Below, in pieces: positions 52,976 through 58,198 of a stretch of DNA of 58,198 bases (positions are counted from its first letter, which is position 1; each line of letters starts with the position of its first letter). The stretch is from assembly GCA_023244855.1 (NCBI GenBank), contig JAHFLO010000003.1, positions 1 to 58,198 on the forward strand. The letters run 5' to 3'. The notes under the pieces are model-generated. The model was not told the DNA's origin and did not search any database. It was given only the letters and a program-made list of their open reading frames with translations. A program made the position numbers and the translations under genes. Source of the DNA: Candidatus Harrisonbacteria bacterium. GTDB lineage: Bacteria; Patescibacteriota; Minisyncoccia; UBA6257; UBA11618.

Positions 52976-54889
52976 TCACCTTATTTCAAACAAGAGCTTT
53001 TCTTTCATGGCGTCCATAATATAGCTTAAGAAAGAATCTGCTTCGGCGTCGGTAAGGGTGCGGTCATTCGATTGGAAAATGAAGCGGAGGGTGGCGCTTT
53101 TCTTGCCTTCGGGCATGCCTTTGCCTTCGTAGAGGCTTATGAAGCGGATATCCGTGAGATCTTTCGGGACGTCGTGCCAAGCGGCGTCCATTATCGTGCC
53201 AATCTTTACATTTTTAGCGACCATGAACGAAACGTCGCGCACGATGGATGGGTATTTGGGTATTGGCGTATAGTGCGGCAGCGGCGAGACGTGCGGCAAC
53301 AGTTTCGTAAGCGATAGTTCGGCGTAGGCGCTCACGTGACCTATTTCAAGGCGGATTATCTTCCCTACTACCTCGCCCTTAACGGCAATTACAAGCGTTT
53401 TATTTTCTTCGGCAAATAGCGCGTCCCCTACACCAAGACGTGTAAATATGGTTTCTACGATGCCGCGTACGGCGCGGAACGCCTCTTCGTCTTTCATTCC
53501 CTTGCTTGCGAGCGCTATACCGCATAGGACTTCTTCTGCCGGCTCGTGATTGGTCTTTTTATGGAAGGCGGAGCCGATTTCGAAAAGTGCGGCCGCCTCG
53601 AAGGATTTCAAATTAAGCGTGATGGCGTTTTCCGCTCCTTCCATAAGGCTGGGGCGGAGGAAGGCTTGTTCGGATGTTAAGGAGTTTTCTAAAGCGACTT
53701 CACCCTCGGCCGAAAAGGAGCGGGTGAGGATTTCGGTAAAACCTAACGGGACAAGCATGTCCTGCAACGAGTCTTTCAGCCGGCGCATGGGTTGTGTTGC
53801 TGCCGCCGTTACCGTGATGCGGGGCGGCGTGGCGAGCAGGTCGGCATACCCTTGTAAGCGGGTAATTTCCTCAACGATGTCTTCGAAGTGGGTGATATCC
53901 GTGCGTTCGACGGGCGGCGTTACTTTTTTACCCACTACTAGAAAGCCAAGGCGCTTCAAGTTTGCAAGACAGTCTGCTTCCGTGAAGGTAAATCCCGTAA
54001 GTGCATTAAAGCGTTTACTATCGAAGGTCATTGCTACGGGCTTTACGGGTTTTGGGTAGGTGTCGCACACGGCGCCAGCCTTACCGCCGCAGATTTCAGC
54101 TATCAGTTCGAGCGCGCGCAAGATGCCGCGCTCGGCAAGCGCAGGGCTTATGTTATGCGAAAAGCGTATAGAGGCGTCCGTTGTAATGCCTACGCGTTTG
54201 GATGTTTTGTAGATTAGCGTGCCGTCGAAGTTGCCGGCGGTAAGTACGATGTTTTTGATTTTCGTCGTAATCTCCGCACGCGTACCACCTTTAATACCCG
54301 CGATATCGAGTGCATTGCGTGCATCGGAAAGTACTAACGCGCTCGGGTTTAGCTTTAATTCTTTTCCATCAAGCGTCGTTACTATCTCCCCTTCGTGCGC
54401 CTGCCGCGCCACGAGTTCATTGCCTTCCATTTTGTCTGCATCGAATGCATGGAGTGGTTGACCGGTTTCTATCGTGACGTAGTTCGTGATATCAACGAGG
54501 CCGTTGATGGAGCGGATGCCGTAGGCTTCGAGCGCTTCTTTCATCCATACAGGCGTACTGCCGAGGGAAATGCCTTCCACGCGGCACGCGATAAGGCGGC
54601 GGCAGAGATTCGGTACTTCGATTGCCGGCTGTATTTTATTCTTATGTGTCGCTTTCGGTGCGACGAGCTTTGGTTCTTTGTACGGCAGTTTACAGATAGC
54701 GCTCACTTCGCGGGCGAGGCCGCGATAGCAAGCGGCATCTGAATACCTATTGGGCAGGATCTTTACGTCGAGGACGTCGTTTTCGCACGATTCTATTTCG
54801 AAAAGATGCGCGGTAATTTTTTCTGCCACGATTTCTATCGCGGGGAGTTCGGGAATAAGGCGTTCGAGGGTTTTATAATTAAACTTCAT
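52976..54889 (-). CDS. pheT: phenylalanyl-tRNA synthetase beta subunit (short form)
   Basis: It lies directly after pheS. B3/4 and B5 regions (DITNYV..ETGQPLHAFD) and a C-terminal FDX-ACB-like domain (SATLRFIFQS.DRTLTDAE). At 637 aa it appears to lack the OB-fold tRNA-binding insert. Confidence 0.85.
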   Translation of the reverse strand: MKFNYKTLERLIPELPAIEIVAEKITAHLFEIESCENDVLDVKILPNRYSDAACYRGLAREVSAICKLPYKEPKLVAPKATHKNKIQPAIEVPNLCRRLIACRVEGISLGSTPVWMKEALEAYGIRSINGLVDITNYVTIETGQPLHAFDADKMEGNELVARQAHEGEIVTTLDGKELKLNPSALVLSDARNALDIAGIKGGTRAEITTKIKNIVLTAGNFDGTLIYKTSKRVGITTDASIRFSHNISPALAERGILRALELIAEICGGKAGAVCDTYPKPVKPVAMTFDSKRFNALTGFTFTEADCLANLKRLGFLVVGKKVTPPVERTDITHFEDIVEEITRLQGYADLLATPPRITVTAAATQPMRRLKDSLQDMLVPLGFTEILTRSFSAEGEVALENSLTSEQAFLRPSLMEGAENAITLNLKSFEAAALFEIGSAFHKKTNHEPAEEVLCGIALASKGMKDEEAFRAVRGIVETIFTRLGVGDALFAEENKTLVIAVKGEVVGKIIRLEIGHVSAYAELSLTKLLPHVSPLPHYTPIPKYPSIVRDVSFMVAKNVKIGTIMDAAWHDVPKDLTDIRFISLYEGKGMPEGKKSATLRFIFQSNDRTLTDAEADSFLSYIMDAMKEKLLFEIR

Positions 54890-54894
54890 GGGAA

Positions 54895-55866
54895 TTAAAA
54901 CTGATTATTGAAGCGCAAATCAGCGCCGTAAAAGAGACGAATATCCGTAATACCGTATTTAATCATCGCGAAGCGGTCGAGCCCTCCGCCGAAGGCGAAG
55001 CCGCTTATTTTTGCAGGGTCGTAGCCAACGCCCTCGAGTACCGCAGGGTGCACCATGCCACCACCCATCACTTCGAGCCATTTCCCGTTTTCCATCCGAA
55101 TATCTATTTCAACGCTTGGTTCAGTGAACGGAAAGTAGCTGGGGCGGAAGCGCACGTCTACCGCGCGCTCAAAAAACCGTTCGCAAAAACCTGTTATTAC
55201 GCCTTTAAGGTTTGCTAGGGATATACCCTCCCCCACCATTAGCCCTTCGAATTGGTAGAAGTTAATTTCGTGCGAGGCGTCCGTCGCCTCGTTGCGGAAC
55301 ACGCGCCCCGGCACGATTATTTGGAACGGCGGTAAGTGCTTTTCCATATGGCGTACCTGCATGGGCGAGGTATGCGTACGCATTAATGTCCCCTTATCGG
55401 TTGAAACCCATAAGGTATCTTGCATATCGCGTGCCGGATGGTTCTTCGGGATATTCAAACTATCAAAGTTATATTTTTCGGTTTCGAGTTCCGGCCCCTC
55501 GACTACAGAGAAGTTCATAGACGAGAAAATCGTGCGGATACTGCGTTCCACGAGCGTTAAGGGGTGCAGGCGGCCATACACGGGGCGGATCGCGGGCATT
55601 GTCACGTCGAACGCTGCGGCTTCATTACTCCCTGCTATGTATTTTTCGCGGCGGGCGTACGCTTCTTCGAGTAGCCTCTTCGTTGCTTGGGCCGCGGGCG
55701 CTACGGTCTTTTTTTCGGCAAGCGGGAGTTCGCCGATGGAGCGCATAAAAACGTTCAGGCGACTCTTGCGGCCGAGGTATGTAGCGTGCCACGCGTCGAG
55801 CGCCGCAATGTCCTTGGTTTTTTCAAGGGCGTCCAGTGCCTCGCGCTCTAATCCGGCGATATCCAT
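54895..55866 (-). CDS. pheS: phenylalanyl-tRNA synthetase alpha subunit
   Basis: Class II motifs: HPARDMQDT, motif 2 PGRVFRNEA.DASH...FQFEGL, motif 3 GFAFGGGLDRFAMIKYGI. Confidence 0.95.
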   Translation of the reverse strand: MDIAGLEREALDALEKTKDIAALDAWHATYLGRKSRLNVFMRSIGELPLAEKKTVAPAAQATKRLLEEAYARREKYIAGSNEAAAFDVTMPAIRPVYGRLHPLTLVERSIRTIFSSMNFSVVEGPELETEKYNFDSLNIPKNHPARDMQDTLWVSTDKGTLMRTHTSPMQVRHMEKHLPPFQIIVPGRVFRNEATDASHEINFYQFEGLMVGEGISLANLKGVITGFCERFFERAVDVRFRPSYFPFTEPSVEIDIRMENGKWLEVMGGGMVHPAVLEGVGYDPAKISGFAFGGGLDRFAMIKYGITDIRLFYGADLRFNNQF

Positions 55867-55893
55867 ATAATAGTAAAGATAAAGGACGGCGTA

Positions 55894-55944
55894 TAAAAAA
55901 AGAAGCCCTCCCTAGATACCATGTGGTATTCCTAGGTGGGCTTC
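55894..55944 (-). terminator. long-stem rho-independent terminator after the 55961-56815 gene
   Basis: Imperfect hairpin GAAGCCC...ATACCA TG TGGTAT...GGGCTTC (55902-55944). The minus-strand reading is followed by TTTTTTT. Confidence 0.65.
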
Positions 55945-55960
55945 TCGGCTGGGATGACGA

Positions 55961-56815
55961 TTATTTCTGTCTCTTCGTGCCGAAGGATTCGGGTTGGCAT
56001 AGTGCCTTTCCCAAATCGTCCGTGCAGCAGGAGTACCACGCAAAGGATTCGCCATTCCTTTGTATTTCATGTACTTTGCCGCAATTACACTTGAGGTGGG
56101 TCGCTCCCGCCTGCGGAGTGATTTTTACCCGTAGTTCGGGCAGTGGCGGCTTCGGTATCAGATTCGGAAGGATTTCCCCTTTCGGCTCCGGCGAAGTTTC
56201 AGGAACGGGTTCTACGGGTGCGGGCGGAAGGTATGTTCTCGGAACCTTCATTGGAGGAGATTTCCATGGTACGTCTTCCGGCGGAACGAACGTCCGCTCA
56301 GGTACCGCCATACCATCAAGTTTTTCTTTCGCGGCTTTCGCGGCGTCGCGGGCTTCTTCCGCAAGCGCAGTACTGCGCCTAACCTCTTCCGTAAGGTTTT
56401 TTTGGCCTTCAACGAGCTCTTCCCTGAGCTTGTCTTGGGCATCGGTATTCTTGTCTATACTACGGGCAATAACCCTCAGCGAAGAAAGAACCTCCTTCCA
56501 TTCACTGTCCTCTTTCTCTTTATCGGTTTTCTTCGGCCGAGGGAGGGCGGCATTCGAGGTTTCGAATTGCCATTTGACCTTTGTACCGCTCGTTGCCGAG
56601 CCGACGAAGAGAAATGGCAACATCAGCACCCACAGGGCGATAGAGAGCCATTTAGACACACTCGGAAAAATGTCATTGGCGATACATCCCGTAAAGATGC
56701 TGCCAATGAGCATCAGGATGCCGAGCTTGGCGCTCGTCGTCAGGGTAACGACGAATGCGGTAATCGCCAAGATCACAGCGGCTGCATTCAGTACGTGCTT
56801 CCAATTCTTACTCAT
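55961..56815 (-). CDS. hypothetical membrane protein (3 TM, coiled coil, Pro-rich linker, Cys-rich C-terminus)
   Basis: It has its own promoter, an AGGAG SD 9 nt before the ATG, and a terminator. The architecture is three N-terminal TM helices, a charged coiled coil, PPxPxP repeats, and a C-terminal CNCGKVHE...SCCTDDLGKALC. Confidence 0.6.
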   Translation of the reverse strand: MSKNWKHVLNAAAVILAITAFVVTLTTSAKLGILMLIGSIFTGCIANDIFPSVSKWLSIALWVLMLPFLFVGSATSGTKVKWQFETSNAALPRPKKTDKEKEDSEWKEVLSSLRVIARSIDKNTDAQDKLREELVEGQKNLTEEVRRSTALAEEARDAAKAAKEKLDGMAVPERTFVPPEDVPWKSPPMKVPRTYLPPAPVEPVPETSPEPKGEILPNLIPKPPLPELRVKITPQAGATHLKCNCGKVHEIQRNGESFAWYSCCTDDLGKALCQPESFGTKRQK

Positions 56816-56909
56816 GGAACTGAACTCCTAGAAAAGGTGTGAAAGACGTGGAAACCACGTCCAGTAAATCGTCATTTCAAGCATCCGGAACATCCAGATT
56901 CGCTGGCGT

Positions 56910-56938
56910 TATTATACTACTAAATTAGTATTTCGTCA
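56910..56938 (-). promoter_or_regulatory. putative promoter of the 55961-56815 gene
   Basis: Minus strand TTGACG (56938-56933), 17-nt spacer, TATAAT (56915-56910). This leaves a ~95-nt leader with the hairpin GACGTGG/CCACGTC. Confidence 0.55.
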
Positions 56939-56956
56939 ATAGCTCGCGTGGATAAC

Positions 56957-56984
56957 TAAAAAAGCCCCATTTTTAGGGGCTTTT
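56957..56984 (-). terminator. rho-independent terminator after the 57004-57441 gene
   Basis: Stem AGCCCC / GGGGCT with T runs on both strands. Confidence 0.6.
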
Positions 56985-57003
56985 CAGGGGTATTTCAGGG
57001 CTT

Positions 57004-57441
57004 TTAGAGTTGGTTGTCCATGCCGAGCGAGCCGTTGTCGTCTTTTGTCGCTTTTGGGCTGCAAATCTTCCTGTCCGCCTCAAATTTAGTCCATGCTGCC
57101 TTATGCGCGGCTTTCATCGCCCCGCGGGCGGACTTTGCCGAATTTTTGTAGGCGTCCCATGCTGCTTTCGTGGCTGCGCGACGCGTCTTTGCGTCTGTCT
57201 GCGTCCATGCCGCTTTGAGCGACGCTTGGCGCGTTTGGAGTGCGGTTTTTATTGCCGGATATTGTACGTCCCATGCCGCAATAATGGCGTTGTCGCGCAC
57301 GTCTACTGCCGTTTGCATGCACGAAAGCGCGGTGGCGCTCAGTGCCGCGTTATTTCCTTTTTCTTGCGCTGCCGCAGGCAGAGCTGCAAAAACAACCGAA
57401 ACCGCACCGAACGTTACTGCTAATTTAGTAAATGTATTCAT
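57004..57441 (-). CDS. secreted helical protein with KAAW repeats (hypothetical)
   Basis: Trimmed to Met23 (ATG 57439-57441). Signal peptide MNTFTKLAVTFGAVSVVFAALPAAAQ. The motif (K/T)AAW(D/T) recurs four times. Confidence 0.55.
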   Translation of the reverse strand: MNTFTKLAVTFGAVSVVFAALPAAAQEKGNNAALSATALSCMQTAVDVRDNAIIAAWDVQYPAIKTALQTRQASLKAAWTQTDAKTRRAATKAAWDAYKNSAKSARGAMKAAHKAAWTKFEADRKICSPKATKDDNGSLGMDNQL

Positions 57442-57477
57442 ATGTCTTAATATACTATTCGGCGATATGAGTTGCAA

Positions 57478-57519
57478 TAAAAAAAGTCCGCAGCGCCCTA
57501 GTGGCACGCTGCGGATTTT
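57478..57519 (-). terminator. bidirectional-shaped rho-independent terminator after the 53-aa ORF
   Basis: 9-bp stem TCCGCAGCG / CGCTGCGGA (57486-57494 / 57506-57514), flanked by an A run and a T run. Confidence 0.65.
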
Positions 57520-57542
57520 TGGTGTGGCTGGAGAGGGTGGAA

Positions 57543-57704
57543 ATTACTCCTCTCGTCGCATGTCTTCGACTCGCCTTTCATGATGATTTCGAAGAGCTGG
57601 TTCTTGTTGAGTGTTTTCACAGGTTAGATCGGGCGAATGATGATCTCCCCACTCTAAATCGCCTGGCTGAACCGAATCCCCAAATCGTTCGTATAAAGGC
57701 AACA
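57543..57704 (-). CDS. small acidic protein, 53 aa (hypothetical; below the ORF-track cut-off)
   Basis: Hand translation gives MLPLYERFGDSVQPGDLEWGDHHSPDLTCENTQQEPALRNHHERRVEDMRREE. GGAGGG lies 5 nt before the ATG. It has its own TTGACT-18-TATATT promoter upstream and a terminator downstream. Confidence 0.4.
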
Positions 57705-57755
57705 TGATTACCCTCCGTGAGCTTAGTGAGGTGGGCTGAAACCTACGCTAGGCGC

Positions 57756-57785
57756 TAATATAGCACAGGTATAAGTTTTTAGTCA
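57756..57785 (-). promoter_or_regulatory. putative promoter of the 53-aa ORF
   Basis: Minus strand TTGACT (57785-57780), 18-nt spacer, TATATT (57761-57756). Confidence 0.45.
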
Positions 57786-57991
57786 AGTCTTTCTGTGGAG
57801 AAGCTAAGGATGATTAATAATAAGATGAATCGTCCTCGTCGCTTCGCTTCCCTCGGACGCCCCTTTTCGAATTCTAACCTTTCCGCCTGCTGGCGGATCG
57901 GGATGAATTCGAGCGTCGGCCAAGGACGGGGCTTCGCCCCTTTTCCTTAGCACAATTAAAAGCCGGCCCAATGTGGGTCGACTTTTAATTG

Positions 57992-58063
57992 TGCCAAGGG
58001 CGAGGATCGAACTCGCGACAGTCGCCTTATGAAAGCGATGCTCTACCACTGAGCTACCTTGGC
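57992..58063 (-). tRNA. tRNA with anticodon CAU (elongator Met or lysidine-modified Ile2)
   Basis: The reverse complement is GCCAAGGTAGCTCAGTGGTAGAGCATCGCTTTCATAAGGCGACTGTCGCGAGTTCGATCCTCGCCCTTGGCA. It folds as a canonical 72-nt cloverleaf with anticodon loop TTCATAA. The initiator-type GGG/CCC anticodon stem is absent. Confidence 0.85.
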
Positions 58064-58111
58064 GTGATAATTGCTCAGTATAACGTTCTTGTTTCAAAAA
58101 ATAAATACACG

Positions 58112-58120
58112 TGGTATAAT
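58112..58120 (+). promoter_or_regulatory. extended -10 element (TGgTATAAT) in front of the plus-strand tRNA
   Basis: TGGTATAAT at 58112-58120, ending 5 nt before the tRNA 5' end. No good -35 was seen. Confidence 0.35.
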
Positions 58121-58125
58121 AGCCT

Positions 58126-58198
58126 TGCGGCGTGGAGCAGTGGCAGCTCGCCGGGCTCATAATCCGGAGGTCGTCCGTTCGAATCGGACCGCCGCAAC
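58126..58198 (+). tRNA. initiator-like tRNA-Met (CAU), reaching the right window edge
   Basis: TGCGGCG TG GAGC AGTGGCA GCTC G CCGGG CTCATAA TCCGG AGGTC GTCCG TTCGAAT CGGAC CGCCGCA A C. It is close to E. coli tRNA-fMet in the D arm (A11:U24), the G29-G31 run and the T arm. However, 1:72 would be U:A and 31:39 G:U. The window ends after the first C that follows the discriminator. Confidence 0.8.

Noticed and set aside
55867-55893. Leaderless or attenuator-type control of pheS (a TACTAT/TATTAT directly abutting the ATG, downstream of a long hairpin).
   Set aside because: The -10-like hexamers sit too close to the ATG (0-3 nt) for a start at the ATG. The hairpin is better explained as the terminator of the upstream gene. 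No Phe-rich leader peptide or T-box features (specifier loop, T-box sequence) are present.
55836-56831. 331-aa plus-strand ORF covering the whole 55961-56815 region.
   Set aside because: It is Ser/Gly/Phe-rich and low-complexity, as is typical of an antisense shadow frame. It has no promoter or SD. The minus-strand frame has TM helices, a coiled coil, a TTGACG-17-TATAAT promoter, an AGGAG SD and a terminator.
57521-57960. Possible tmRNA (ssrA) on the minus strand. The segment ends ...CCAGCCACACCA immediately before a strong terminator, near tRNA genes.
   Set aside because: No canonical T arm precedes the CCA-like end: the only hairpin is GAGAGG/CCTCTC with a 12-nt loop. No complementary 5' acceptor strand (GGGGCUG-type, or GUGGCUG) exists in the region. 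There is no G3:U70 and no tag reading frame ending in a hydrophobic ..LAA-type tail. The ACCA lies in the 3' UTR of a well-signalled 53-aa ORF. I also found no RNase P (GGAAAGTCCGG) or SRP (GGAAGCAGCC-type) core motifs.
57804-58160. 118-aa minus-strand ORF in the ORF track.
   Set aside because: It runs straight through the tRNA(CAU) gene (57992-63) and its promoter region, and through terminator hairpins. It is not plausible as a protein.
1-58198. CRISPR arrays, insertion sequences, integrases, prophage or classical defence genes (RM, TA, Cas, Abi with known motifs).
   Set aside because: I saw no regularly spaced direct repeats, no transposase/integrase/recombinase motifs, and no terminal inverted repeats flanking the AT-rich gene or the glycan locus. 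The two tRNA-adjacent regions show no att-like duplications that I could detect by eye.

Overview
This 58.2-kb window looks like chromosome from a streamlined bacterium. Several traits suggest a Candidate Phyla Radiation / Patescibacteria (Parcubacteria-like) genome, by inference only: a reduced dcw cluster, a lone type IV pilin gene, domain-trimmed ThrRS and PheT, rplK without rplA, and many GT-C-like membrane proteins.

Layout:
(1) 1-22.6 kb, mostly minus-strand housekeeping genes. In order: ddl (partial), murF, an alpha/beta hydrolase, tRNA-Glu, a second Mur ligase, ftsI, an ftsL-like gene, rsmH, mraZ with an MraZ-box-like operator, a pgeF/yfiH-like gene, tRNA-Val, rplL-rplJ, trmD, a KH protein, rpsP, a pilin, rnc, a small Zn-ribbon ORF, nusB, rpmF (55 aa, missing from the ORF track), an AT-rich orphan gene, rnhB, dnaE (+), a GNAT, N-terminally trimmed thrS (+), a small secreted protein, gatB, and a poly-Gly / PG-binding envelope protein.
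(2) 22.7-49.7 kb, a ~27-kb, ~27-gene glycan-assembly locus. It holds 7 GT4, 2 GT2 polyprenyl-phosphate-sugar-synthase-like genes, DUF2304, 5 SAM methyltransferases, a NodB deacetylase, an acyltransferase-3, a UGM-like flavoprotein, a Wzx-like flippase, a discoidin-like anchored protein and 5 large polytopic membrane proteins. Two of those membrane proteins sit in a tandemly duplicated [polytopic protein + small anchored protein] module.
(3) 49.8-58.2 kb: rplK-nusG-secE, gyrB, pheT-pheS, two orphan envelope proteins, a ~480-nt structured spacer carrying a complete small-gene unit, and two divergent tRNA(CAT) genes.

I saw no rRNA, CRISPR array, transposase, integrase or recognisable defence genes.

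Strongest leads: the duplicated uncharacterised membrane module inside the glycan locus, the glycan locus itself (no recognisable initiating transferase, Wzy or Wzz), the two Mur ligases lacking domain 1 (one with a TM N-terminus), the AT-rich orphan gene, the editing-domain-less ThrRS, and the MraZ operator / GTTATCCAC motif.

All family calls come from motifs read by eye. No searches or computations were run.
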